Assembly: GCA_003455995.1 (NCBI GenBank)
Contig: DMPO01000006.1
Location: 38,397-102,396 of the forward strand
Reading direction: 5' to 3'
Source: Candidatus Azambacteria bacterium
Lineage (GTDB): Bacteria > Patescibacteriota > Minisyncoccia > UBA10092
Length of the DNA: 64,000 nt
In this document: piece after piece, positions 50,329-59,515 of the stretch
Position numbering within the stretch: the first letter of the stretch is position 1
Layout of the letters: each line of letters begins with the position of its first letter
The notes under the pieces: model-generated
What the model was told of the DNA's origin: nothing
Seen by the model: the letters and a program-made list of their open reading frames with translations, nothing else
The model's database searches: none
Translations under genes and position numbers: made by a program

Positions 50329-51383
50329 CTCGAATAGCAATTAACGGTTTTGGGCGGATCGGAAGGGTCTTTTTTCGTTGCGCTTTTGGCCAATCGGATA
50401 TAGAAATTGTCGCCATAAATGATTTGGGCGCCGCCGAAAATATGGCGTATCTTTTGAAATATGACTCGGTTTACGGCCCTTATGAAAAATCGGTAGAGTC
50501 CGGTCCGGAAGTTCTGATTGTTGACGGCAAAGAAATTAAAATGATGCGGCAAAAAGATCCCGCTCTATTGCCATGGGGCGATTTGAATATCGATATCGTC
50601 ATCGAATCGACCGGGGTTTTTGAAACGTATGAAAAATCGGCGGCGCATTTAACCGCCGGCGCCAAGCGCGTGATTATTGCCGCGCCCGCCAAAGATGACG
50701 CTACCCCTACGGCTACTCCGAATGTCGGGGAAGAATTTTTGAAATTGAATAAAATAACTTCGGCCGCTTCTTGCACCACTAACGCGGCGACTCCGATAAT
50801 GTCTGCGCTGTCAAAAAATCCCGGCATTAAAAAAGCCGTTTTGAATACCGTCCATGCCTATACGGCGTCCCAAAAGGTAATTGATGGTTCCGATAATAAT
50901 AATGATTACAGAAAAAACAGAGCGGCGGCGCAAAATATTATTCCTTCGACAACCGGCGCCGCGCTTACGGCTACAAAGGTCTTTCCGCCGCTAGAAGGAA
51001 AATTTGATGGCGTCTCTTTAAGGGTGCCGGTAATTTGCGGTTCCATTATTGATTTTACTTTTGTAGCCGAAAGACCGACTTCCGTTGAAGAAATAAACAA
51101 TATTTTGAAAAAAGCCGCGCAAGAAAAACAATGGCAGGAAATTCTGGCGGTTACCGAAGAACAGCTGGTTTCCAGCGACATTCTTAAAAATCCCAATGGT
51201 TCCATCGTCGATCTCAATATGACCAAGGTCGTTGACGGCGATTTGGTTAAAATTTTATCATGGTATGACAATGAATGGGGGTATGCAAACCGTTTAGTAG
51301 AACAGGTAATTAGAGTAGGAAGAACACTAGAAGGTGGAATAGCTCCAACTGACCCATTAACTCTAAGTCATACAAATGGATAA
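50325..51383 (+). CDS. gap: Glyceraldehyde-3-phosphate dehydrogenase (possibly chimeric at the 3' end)
   Basis: 'INGFGRIGR', 'ASCTTN', 'NIIPSTTGAA', 'RVP', 'WYDNEWGY'. Confidence 0.93.
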   Translation: MTRIAINGFGRIGRVFFRCAFGQSDIEIVAINDLGAAENMAYLLKYDSVYGPYEKSVESGPEVLIVDGKEIKMMRQKDPALLPWGDLNIDIVIESTGVFETYEKSAAHLTAGAKRVIIAAPAKDDATPTATPNVGEEFLKLNKITSAASCTTNAATPIMSALSKNPGIKKAVLNTVHAYTASQKVIDGSDNNNDYRKNRAAAQNIIPSTTGAALTATKVFPPLEGKFDGVSLRVPVICGSIIDFTFVAERPTSVEEINNILKKAAQEKQWQEILAVTEEQLVSSDILKNPNGSIVDLNMTKVVDGDLVKILSWYDNEWGYANRLVEQVIRVGRTLEGGIAPTDPLTLSHTNG

Positions 51384-51996
51384 ATCTAAAAATAAAAAAA
51401 AGATAAAACAAATTAGTTATTTTGGTTTTGCAGATGCAGCTCCTAATGATCCACTTTATAAAGAAGCTTTTGAAGTTGCCAAATATATGGCCGAAAAAGG
51501 TTTTGTTGCAATAAATGGAGGAGGACCTGGAACAATGAGAGCAGTTTCAGAAGGAGCCAAAGCTGGTAAAGGAACCGCAGTTGGGGTTACTTTTTATCCT
51601 AAAGATATTACAAATTTTGAAGGAAGAGATCCTGAAAATCCAATGGATATGGAAATAAAATGTCCTAATTATCTTGAAAGAACTTTAAAACTTTTAGAAT
51701 TAGGTGATGCATATGTCTTTTTTAGAGGAGGGACAGGAACAATTTCTGAATTTGGTATGGCATGGGGCTTAGCTAGACTTTATTTTGGCCATCACAAGCC
51801 TCTAATTTTATTTGGAGATTATTGGAACAATATTATTAAAAGTTTTATAGATAATATGAGAATAAGATCGGAAGACTTGAAAGTATATAAAGTTGTTAAT
51901 AGTCCAGAAGAAATTATTGACGCTATTGAATACTTTGATAGGGTGTTAACTGAAAACAAAGTTATTCATAATGATGAGAAGGCTTTTCAGATATAA
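51376..51996 (+). CDS. LOG family (phosphoribohydrolase/'lysine decarboxylase-like') protein
   Basis: 'NGGGPG.M.AV..GA', 'R...L....DA', 'GGTGTISE'. Confidence 0.85.
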   Translation: MDKSKNKKKIKQISYFGFADAAPNDPLYKEAFEVAKYMAEKGFVAINGGGPGTMRAVSEGAKAGKGTAVGVTFYPKDITNFEGRDPENPMDMEIKCPNYLERTLKLLELGDAYVFFRGGTGTISEFGMAWGLARLYFGHHKPLILFGDYWNNIIKSFIDNMRIRSEDLKVYKVVNSPEEIIDAIEYFDRVLTENKVIHNDEKAFQI

Positions 51997-52025
51997 ATTT
52001 TAGTTTATTTTTATATTTAATATTC

Positions 52026-52874
52026 ATGAAATACACAATTGAAGATCTGGAGAAAATTGCTATAGAGGTAAGAGAGGATATTGTCAAAATGATTTTAAAA
52101 GCAGGTGCAGGACATCCTGCAGGATCTTTAGGTATGGTTGAAGTCTTTGTGGCACTTTACTATGCCATTTTAAATCATGATCCTAAAAATCCCAATTGGG
52201 AAGATAGGGATAGATTAATTCTTTCAAATGGCCATATTTGTCCCGCTCGTTATGCAGTAATGAGTCATGTAGGTTATTTTGAACATAAAGAACTTTTAAA
52301 ATTTGGTGGATTTGGCAGAATTTTGCAAGGTCATCCGGACAAAAGATTTTTACCTTCTCTTGAAACAACTTCGGGGCCATTAGGCTGTGGACTTGCTCAA
52401 GGATGTGGTATTGCCATAGGGGCTAAGATGGATAAAAAAAGGTTTAGAACTTTTGTAATAACTTCAGATGGGGAACATGATGAAGGAAATCATTGGGAGG
52501 CTGTTGCCTTTGCTGGGAAAAACAATTTAAGTAATTTAACTTTAATTGTTGATAGAAATAATATTCAGATTGATGGATTTACTGAAAATGTGATGCCACT
52601 TGAACCTTTAGCTTCTAAATACCAAGCTTTTGGTTGGTCTACTATAGAAATTGATGGTCATAATTTTTCTGAAATTGTTAATGCAGCAAATAAAGCTCGT
52701 GCAATTTATGAAAACCCAACAGTAATTATTGCAAAAACAATTCCAGGTAAAGGAGTTCCTTTTATGGAGGGAAATCCTAATTGGCATGCAAAGGCACCAA
52801 GTTCAGATGAAGCAAAACAGGCAATTATTGATATCAGAACAATGCAGGGGAAAATCAAAACTTATGGGGAATAA
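52026..52874 (+). CDS. Transketolase, N-terminal (TPP-binding) subunit
   Basis: 'GH.AGSL', 'RDR.ILS.GH', 'LQGHP', 'SDGE.DEG..WE', 'D.N..Q.DG'. Confidence 0.92.
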   Translation: MKYTIEDLEKIAIEVREDIVKMILKAGAGHPAGSLGMVEVFVALYYAILNHDPKNPNWEDRDRLILSNGHICPARYAVMSHVGYFEHKELLKFGGFGRILQGHPDKRFLPSLETTSGPLGCGLAQGCGIAIGAKMDKKRFRTFVITSDGEHDEGNHWEAVAFAGKNNLSNLTLIVDRNNIQIDGFTENVMPLEPLASKYQAFGWSTIEIDGHNFSEIVNAANKARAIYENPTVIIAKTIPGKGVPFMEGNPNWHAKAPSSDEAKQAIIDIRTMQGKIKTYGE

Positions 52875-52886
52875 ATAAAAATTATT

Positions 52887-53882
52887 ATGGTTAACAATAA
52901 ATTAAACTTATCAGATCAATTATTTAAAAAAGATATAGAAAAAAAATTCATGAGAGACGGATTTGGTGAGGGACTTTTAACGGCAGGTGAAAAGGATGAA
53001 AGAATTGTTGTTTTAACAGCTGATTTAAAAGAATCAACAAGGGTTAATCTTTTTGCAGATTCCTTTCCAGAAAGATTTATTGAAGTTGGAGTTTCCGAAC
53101 AAGCGATGGTAACAATTGCATCAGGTCTTGCTAATTACGGAAAAATTCCATTTTGCAGTTCATATGCTGTCTTTAGCCCGGGAAGAAATTGGGAACAGAT
53201 TAGAACAACAATTGGAATAGATAATTATCCTGTAAAAATAATTGGAGCGCAATCAGGACTTAATATTGGTCATTATGGAGTAACACATCAAGGCCTGGAA
53301 GACATTGCTCTTGCCCGTGTTATTCCAAACATGAATGCTATCGTTCCAAGTGATTATATTGAGGCAAAAAAAGCGACTTTAGAGATTGCAAAGAGTGATA
53401 AACCTTACTATATGAGACTACCTAGAATTGATAGTCCTGTCTATACCACAGATAAAACTCCATTTAAAATTGGAAAGGCCAATATTTTAACTGAAAGTAA
53501 AATTCCAGAAGTAGCAATTATTGCAACTGGTTTATTGGTTTATAAAGCGCTTTTAGCATATAAAGAACTAGAAAAAAATGGAATAGAAACAATTGTAGTA
53601 AATATGCATACAATAAAACCTTTAGATGAAGAAACAGTTATAAGAAGTGCAAAATTAACAGGAGCTGTTGTTACAGTTGAAGAACATCAGATAATTGGTG
53701 GATTGGGATCCGCGATATCAGAAAGTTTATCTAAAAATTTTCCTGTACCAATGGAAATATTGGGAGTAAAAGATAGGTTTGGACAATCAGGAACTCCAAA
53801 AGAGTTATTTGAAGAATATAATTTGACTAAGGAAGACATTATTAAAGCCGTTAAAAAAGTTATAAGCAGGAAAAATTCTTAA
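52887..53882 (+). CDS. Transketolase, C-terminal subunit
   Basis: 'R..FG', 'EVG..EQ', 'G.THQ..EDIA', 'TIKPLD', 'EEH...GGLG', 'D.FGQSG'. Confidence 0.92.
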   Translation: MVNNKLNLSDQLFKKDIEKKFMRDGFGEGLLTAGEKDERIVVLTADLKESTRVNLFADSFPERFIEVGVSEQAMVTIASGLANYGKIPFCSSYAVFSPGRNWEQIRTTIGIDNYPVKIIGAQSGLNIGHYGVTHQGLEDIALARVIPNMNAIVPSDYIEAKKATLEIAKSDKPYYMRLPRIDSPVYTTDKTPFKIGKANILTESKIPEVAIIATGLLVYKALLAYKELEKNGIETIVVNMHTIKPLDEETVIRSAKLTGAVVTVEEHQIIGGLGSAISESLSKNFPVPMEILGVKDRFGQSGTPKELFEEYNLTKEDIIKAVKKVISRKNS

Positions 53883-53884
53883 AA

Positions 53885-54163
53885 TTAATAAGCTCCACCT
53901 TTAAAATCGGGGTAATTCAATTTATACCAATTCATTGCTTCTTTACTACAATCATTCTTTACTGTCTCAATTGTAGGCATACAATCTATCCAGCCACCTT
54001 CAGGACAAGAATATGATGATACTTTAGGTTTATTGGTTGGAAGTATTTTGACTATTTTATTTTTTGGGTATACGAAAAAGAGAGCAACTAAGGTAGAAAG
54101 TAAAACTAAGATGGAGAGTAAAATGATCAAAAATTTTTTATCACCACTAGAGTTTTTACTCAT
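53885..54163 (-). CDS. Small membrane-anchored hypothetical protein
   Basis: N-terminal TM similar to 56125 and 61711; 'CP..GWIDCMP' Cys motif. Confidence 0.6.
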   Translation of the reverse strand: MSKNSSGDKKFLIILLSILVLLSTLVALFFVYPKNKIVKILPTNKPKVSSYSCPEGGWIDCMPTIETVKNDCSKEAMNWYKLNYPDFKGGAY

Positions 54164-54186
54164 AATGTCATTATAATGTATATCAT
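54164..54186. promoter_or_regulatory. Palindromic bidirectional -10 element
   Basis: cattataatg (54169-54178) gives TATAAT on both strands, 6 nt from the minus-strand ATG and 9 nt from the plus-strand ATG. Confidence 0.6.
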
Positions 54187-55149
54187 ATGCAAGAAACTGT
54201 CCAGAAAATTTTAACGTCTAATAGAGGTATTTTAGCTGCAGATGAATCAACAAATACAATTACAAAAAGATTTTTATCATTAGGTTTAACTTCAACCCCA
54301 GAACTTAATAAAAAATACAGAGAAGTGCTTTTTTCAACTCCAGATCTCGAAAAATACATAAGTGGAGTGATTTTATTTGATGAAACAATTAGGCAAGGAT
54401 TAGGTCAAATGTTAAATCAAAAGGGAATATTAATTGGTATTAAAGTTGATGGGGGTTTAGAAAACTTTAATAATACGGAAGAACAAGTCACAAAAGGATT
54501 AGATGGTTTGTCAATTAGACTTGATGAATATAAAAAAATGGGTGCAACTTTTACTAAATGGAGGGGAGTAATTAAAATTTCAGATATTTTTCCAACAGAT
54601 CAATTTTTAGATGAAACTTTAGGAGGAATGGTCAAGTATGCAAAATTAGTTCAGGAAAAGGAAATGATTCCAATAGTTGAACCTGAAATACTTTTAGATG
54701 GAAATCACACAACAACAAGATGTGGAGAGATAACTGGGAAAACATTAAAAAGATTATTTGAATTACTTTTAAAAGAAGGAGTTGACTTGACTAAAGTAAT
54801 TTTAAAGACAAATATGGTTTTACCTGGAAAAGATAGTGGAGTTACAGCAGCCCCATTAGAAGTTGCTGGTGCAACCTTAAGGATATTAAATTTATCTGTT
54901 CCTAAAGAAATTCCAGGAATTGTTTTTCTTTCTGGTGGGCAAACTCCTGATCAAGCAACAAATAATTTAAATGAGATAGTTAAAACCAAAGGAGATTCTC
55001 CTTGGGATATTTCATTTTCATATGGTAGGGCTTTACAAGAAGAAGCAATGAAGACATGGGGTGGAAAAGATGAAAATAAACTTAATGCTCAAGAAGTTTT
55101 TACAAAAAGACTTCAAATTGTTTCTAAGGCTAGGATGGGAGAACTTTAG
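54187..55149 (+). CDS. Class I fructose-bisphosphate aldolase (eukaryote-like glycolytic family)
   Basis: 'GILAADES', 'GVILFDET', 'GIKVD', 'KWR', 'PIVEPE', 'FLSGGQ', 'FSYGRALQ'. Confidence 0.93.
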   Translation: MQETVQKILTSNRGILAADESTNTITKRFLSLGLTSTPELNKKYREVLFSTPDLEKYISGVILFDETIRQGLGQMLNQKGILIGIKVDGGLENFNNTEEQVTKGLDGLSIRLDEYKKMGATFTKWRGVIKISDIFPTDQFLDETLGGMVKYAKLVQEKEMIPIVEPEILLDGNHTTTRCGEITGKTLKRLFELLLKEGVDLTKVILKTNMVLPGKDSGVTAAPLEVAGATLRILNLSVPKEIPGIVFLSGGQTPDQATNNLNEIVKTKGDSPWDISFSYGRALQEEAMKTWGGKDENKLNAQEVFTKRLQIVSKARMGEL

Positions 55150-55151
55150 AT

Positions 55152-56144
55152 ATGAGTAATCTTGATTTACTTTCTGTAGGAGATGCTAATTTAGATGCAT
55201 TTATTACACCTTCTGAATCAGAATCTCTTTGTGACATTAATACTAAGGAGTGTCTAATTGCTTTTTCGTATGCAGATAAAATTCCTGTTAAAAATTTAGA
55301 ATTTTCTGTTGGTGGAAATGCTGCAAATAATTTAGTTGGAACTAAAAGATTAGGAGTTAATTCTGGTGCAGTACTAACCTTGGGGGATGATAGTACAGGA
55401 GTCCAAATTATTGAAAAATTAAGGCAGGAGAGTGTTGACTTAACCTATGTTATTCAACAACCATCGACGCTTTCAAACTTTAATATGGTAATTTCATATA
55501 CAGGGGAGCGAACAATTTTTACATATCATGCCCCAAGATCATATGAATTTCCAGTAAATCTACCTAAAGTTCCTTGGATGTATTTAACTTCGATGGGAGA
55601 ATCTTTTAAACCTTTCTATAATCATATAACTGAGTGGTTAGTTAAAAATCCAGAAACTAAGCTTTCCTTTAATCCAGGAACTTGGCAATTAAGAGGTGGA
55701 ATTGATGCAATTGAAAATGTATTTAAACTTTCTACTTTGGTTTTTGTAAATAAACAAGAAGCAGAGAAACTAACAGGATTTGAAGCTAAAGATAAAGTTA
55801 CTAAAGAACTTCTAATGGCCCTTTCAGGATTGGGACCAAAAATAGCAGTTATTACTGATGGTGGAAACGGATCATTTGTTTTTGATGGTAATAGATTTTT
55901 ACACTGTGGAATACTTCCGGTTGATGCATATGAAAGAACTGGAGCAGGAGATGCTTTTGGATCAGGATTTTTGTCAGCTGTAATCAAAGGCAAAACTTTA
56001 GAAGAAGCTTTAATTTGGGGAACAGTTAATTCAGCTTCAGTTATTGGTTATACAGGAGCACAAAGAGGATTATTAACAGAAGATGATATGAGTACATGGG
56101 TTGACAGGGCAAAATCTTCGGGAGTTATGGTTGAGGAGATGTAG
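55152..56144 (+). CDS. PfkB-family carbohydrate kinase
   Basis: 'GGNAAN', 'G.D..G', 'N..EA', 'TGAGDAFGSGF'. Confidence 0.9.
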   Translation: MSNLDLLSVGDANLDAFITPSESESLCDINTKECLIAFSYADKIPVKNLEFSVGGNAANNLVGTKRLGVNSGAVLTLGDDSTGVQIIEKLRQESVDLTYVIQQPSTLSNFNMVISYTGERTIFTYHAPRSYEFPVNLPKVPWMYLTSMGESFKPFYNHITEWLVKNPETKLSFNPGTWQLRGGIDAIENVFKLSTLVFVNKQEAEKLTGFEAKDKVTKELLMALSGLGPKIAVITDGGNGSFVFDGNRFLHCGILPVDAYERTGAGDAFGSGFLSAVIKGKTLEEALIWGTVNSASVIGYTGAQRGLLTEDDMSTWVDRAKSSGVMVEEM

Positions 56145-56850
56145 TTGGTTCGGATTCAATAAACTTAATAGTAGATAGAATTTGATCAAAAACTTGAAAA
56201 AGATTTGGATCCTCTGTGCCTAGTTGGAAATAGTATCGTATTCCATTATGGTCAAGCAAAACAAAAATTAGGTTTGGTCCTTTAAGGATTATTGATTTTT
56301 CCCCACCAAGTTCTGACTCAAATTTTTCTGTTCCAGGTTCTGCTCCAGGTTGGTTTAGTCTGTATGTTGCGTCTTGATCGAGTGATTTTTCTGGATTTTC
56401 ATAAGAAAAAAGATAGAGGGTGGCAATCAAACCCTCTACCTCAACACTTTGGGAGCTGGGGTTGTCTACTGGGTAAGATATCCACGATCCATATCCACCA
56501 TCGGGGGACCCTAATACTTCTTTGTGTGTATACCATTTTTCGGGTAATGCAATCGAGAGCCCTATTTTTGAGAAAATATGGACTTTCCAATCTGTAGTTG
56601 GATCTGTTGTTGGTATTGGTTCAGTCGATGTAATCGGAGTAGGGATAACCTGTAATTTTGTAATTTCTTTAACTAAATTTTGTGTTTGATATGCAAAAAA
56701 ACCTGCAATTAAAACAGAAATGATAAGTAAAATTGAAAGTAAAATTACTAAAAAGCTACTATTTTTTTTAGGTTCAGCTGTTTCCATTTTTTGTGCTGGT
56801 TCTATTTGTGGTGTTGGTGTTTGTGTATTTGTGGTTATATTTTGTTCCAT
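56125..56850 (-). CDS. Membrane-anchored hypothetical protein (Pro/Thr linker, 'QILST.KF' C-terminus)
   Basis: Single TM, PT-rich linker, 'WK.....G.S..LP..W', 'FDQILSTIKF'; paralog of 61711..62424. Confidence 0.7.
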   Translation of the reverse strand: MEQNITTNTQTPTPQIEPAQKMETAEPKKNSSFLVILLSILLIISVLIAGFFAYQTQNLVKEITKLQVIPTPITSTEPIPTTDPTTDWKVHIFSKIGLSIALPEKWYTHKEVLGSPDGGYGSWISYPVDNPSSQSVEVEGLIATLYLFSYENPEKSLDQDATYRLNQPGAEPGTEKFESELGGEKSIILKGPNLIFVLLDHNGIRYYFQLGTEDPNLFQVFDQILSTIKFIESEPTTSPQP

Positions 56851-56887
56851 GCTTTAATAATAACATAGGAAATGTTAAATTTAATGT
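56851..56887. promoter_or_regulatory. Back-to-back extended -10 leaderless promoters
   Basis: Plus strand TGt-TAAATT-6 nt-ATG(56888); minus strand TGt-TATTAT-6 nt-ATG(56850). Confidence 0.55.
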
Positions 56888-57874
56888 ATGAAAGTCTTTG
56901 TAACCAGAAAAATTCCTGGAGAATCTCTTGAAGAACTTAAAAAAAATAATTTTGAAGTTACTGTCTCAGAATTTGATAGACCATTAACTTCTGAGGAACT
57001 TTTAGAAAAATCAAAAGGAGTTGATGCACTTCTCTGTCTTTTAACAGACAAAATTGATGGTGATTTAATGGATGCAATTGGACCACAACTTAAAATTATT
57101 AGTAACTATGCAGTTGGTTTTGACAATATAAACATTGCTGACGCAACTGATCGTGGAATTGTTGTTACTAATACCTCATGTGTAGAAGTAGATGAAGCAG
57201 TAGCTGAACACACTTGGGCTTTAATTGCATCACTTACTAGAAGAATAGTTGAGGCAGATGAAACAACCAGAAGGGGAGCATTTAAGGGTTGGGAACCAAA
57301 TATATTTTTAGGAGTTTCTTTAATTGGAAAAACCTTAGGAATTATTGGTTTAGGAGGAATTGGGACCATGGTAGCAAGACGAGCAATAGGCTACAAGATG
57401 AATGTTATTTATAACAAAAGGAAAAGAGACGAAGAAGCAGAAAAAAATCTAGGAGTTAGATATTCCGACTTAGATACACTCTTTAAAGAAAGTGATGTTG
57501 TCACACTTCATGTTCCATTAACAGATGAAACTAGGCACATGATTAATAAAGAAACTCTTAATAAAATGAAAAAAGGAAGTTTTTTGGTTAATACTGCAAG
57601 AGGACCTATTGTTGATGAACATTCCTTAGTTGAAAGTTTAAAAGATGGACATTTAACTGGTGCTGCACTAGATGTATTTGATAACGAACCAAATATAGAC
57701 CCAGAACTTATTGGTATGCCAAATGTTATTACAACCCCACACATTGCATCTGCAACACATGAAGCAAGGGAAGCAATGGGAAAATTGGCAGTTTCAGCAA
57801 TTTTAGAAACTTTTTCTTCTAAGGAACCTATTAATATTGTTAATAAAGAGGTTTGGGAAAAAAGGAGAAAATGA
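56888..57874 (+). CDS. D-2-hydroxyacid dehydrogenase (glyoxylate/hydroxypyruvate reductase, GyaR-like)
   Basis: 'NYAVG.DNI', 'GIIGLG.IG', 'LH.PLT.ET', 'NTARG..VDE', 'LDVF..EP', 'TPHIASAT'. Confidence 0.92.
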   Translation: MKVFVTRKIPGESLEELKKNNFEVTVSEFDRPLTSEELLEKSKGVDALLCLLTDKIDGDLMDAIGPQLKIISNYAVGFDNINIADATDRGIVVTNTSCVEVDEAVAEHTWALIASLTRRIVEADETTRRGAFKGWEPNIFLGVSLIGKTLGIIGLGGIGTMVARRAIGYKMNVIYNKRKRDEEAEKNLGVRYSDLDTLFKESDVVTLHVPLTDETRHMINKETLNKMKKGSFLVNTARGPIVDEHSLVESLKDGHLTGAALDVFDNEPNIDPELIGMPNVITTPHIASATHEAREAMGKLAVSAILETFSSKEPINIVNKEVWEKRRK

Positions 57875-58866
57875 TATTTTCAAGAGGAAAGGATGCTGAT
57901 TTTGAAGATGAAGTTGAGGAAGAAGAGATTCCTAAGAGAAAATTTAGAGATTTAAGACCAGAAAACCGTAGAGCTCGTAAAGAACCTCCAAAGCCGTGGG
58001 GTAAAAAAGAAAGATTAATTGTTTTAATAATACTTTTAGTTACAGTATTAACTTCAGGAATATTAGCTTTAACTGCAAGAAATTTTAAATTACCAAATTT
58101 TCCCAAAATTGGCATTCCGAATCTTTCTAATTTTAATATTTTTAAAGAACAGGTAATAATTGTGGGGAATAAGGGGACAAAGGTAAACTTAGCTAAAATT
58201 GAAAACACCAAAAAACAATTTAAAAGTTTAACTGATGATTATTCAGGAATTTATGCATTTTATATCTATGATCTAAATGGAAATTATTTTTATGGAGAAA
58301 ATTATCAAGAAAAAATGCAAGCAGCATCATTAATTAAACTGCCTGTAATTTACTTAACATACCTAGAAAGTCAAAAAGGAAACCTTGATATAAATGAATA
58401 TAGGTCTTACTTAGAAGCAATGGGTAAAAGATCAGATAATCAAGCTTTTATAAAAATGGTTTCTATTTTAGGCAAAGAAAATATTAATAAAGCAATAATT
58501 AATCTTGGAATGAGTAAAACCTCTTTAGAGGAAAATATTACAACACCTGAAGATATCGGTTTGTTTTTTAAGAAACTAAAAAATTATGAAATTTTAAATA
58601 AAGAAAATACAGATGAATTTTTAGAATTTTTAACTGATACTTCTTTTGAAAAATGGCTAAGACCAGGAATACCATCTGAAATTAGACTTGCCCATAAATA
58701 TGGTAGAGAAGTACATGCAGTAAATGATGCTGGGATAGTTTTTAGTGATAAACCTTTTGTTCTTGTAATAATGACTGATGGAGTAGTAGAAAGTGAAGCT
58801 GATAAAATATTTCCAGAACTTAGTAAATTATTGTATAATGATCAAATAAATGAAAAAACCAATTGA
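57871..58866 (+). CDS. Class A beta-lactamase-like serine hydrolase, membrane anchored
   Basis: TM; 'AASLIK' (SxxK), 'SDN', 'N.TTP.D', 'AHKYG', 'NDAGIV'; ATG 57871 follows AAGGAG. Confidence 0.8.
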   Translation: MIFSRGKDADFEDEVEEEEIPKRKFRDLRPENRRARKEPPKPWGKKERLIVLIILLVTVLTSGILALTARNFKLPNFPKIGIPNLSNFNIFKEQVIIVGNKGTKVNLAKIENTKKQFKSLTDDYSGIYAFYIYDLNGNYFYGENYQEKMQAASLIKLPVIYLTYLESQKGNLDINEYRSYLEAMGKRSDNQAFIKMVSILGKENINKAIINLGMSKTSLEENITTPEDIGLFFKKLKNYEILNKENTDEFLEFLTDTSFEKWLRPGIPSEIRLAHKYGREVHAVNDAGIVFSDKPFVLVIMTDGVVESEADKIFPELSKLLYNDQINEKTN

Positions 58867-59515
58867 GTACATAAAGGAATCTTGGACTATCTACACTAAA
58901 AGAGAAAATTTTCTATTTTTCTCAAAAGTCATGGCTATCCTTGTAATTGTTTCCACAGGTTTAAGTTATCTAATTAATTACCTTTATCCAATTAATGTCT
59001 GGAAAGATTTTAAGTTTGATAATACTCCAATGTTAGTTGGTTTTACTTTTTTAATGTTACTTTCAATCGTAATTGGATTCTGGGTTAAAACGGTAACCTA
59101 TTTGGCTATCTTAACTAAACCTACTGATGATATAAAAACTTTCTTTAAAAAAGGATTAAAAAGTATTTGGAAGTTTTACTTAATTTCTCTAGTAATTGGA
59201 ATATTGATATTTTTAGGAAGTTTACTATTAATTATTCCAGGGATTATTTTCGCGGTTTGGTTTTCCTTCTCAATCTTTTTAATTTTAGATAAAAATTTAA
59301 AAATTAAAGACTCTTTATTAAAAAGTAAGTCGTTAGTTAAAGGAAAGTTTTTAAAAATCTTTGGAAGATTTATTGTATTTGGTTTTGTGATCTTAATAAT
59401 CCAAACCATATTAGGCTTAATTCCATATATGGGGACAATATTAGTAAGTTTTCTGGCTCCTCTTTTTATACTTCCTTTCTATTTACTTTATAGAGATCTA
59501 CTCGTTAGTAGTTGA
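58850..59515 (+). CDS. Integral membrane hypothetical protein
   Basis: Several TMs; 'G..LLIIPGIIF.V.F.F' and 'SL..S..LV.G' pattern. Confidence 0.7.
   Translation: MKKPIEYIKESWTIYTKRENFLFFSKVMAILVIVSTGLSYLINYLYPINVWKDFKFDNTPMLVGFTFLMLLSIVIGFWVKTVTYLAILTKPTDDIKTFFKKGLKSIWKFYLISLVIGILIFLGSLLLIIPGIIFAVWFSFSIFLILDKNLKIKDSLLKSKSLVKGKFLKIFGRFIVFGFVILIIQTILGLIPYMGTILVSFLAPLFILPFYLLYRDLLVSS

Noticed and set aside
50755-50800. GAPDH active-site variant SAASCTTNAATP
   Set aside because: The catalytic Cys is retained; loss of the second Cys is a tolerated variation and not evidence of a pseudogene
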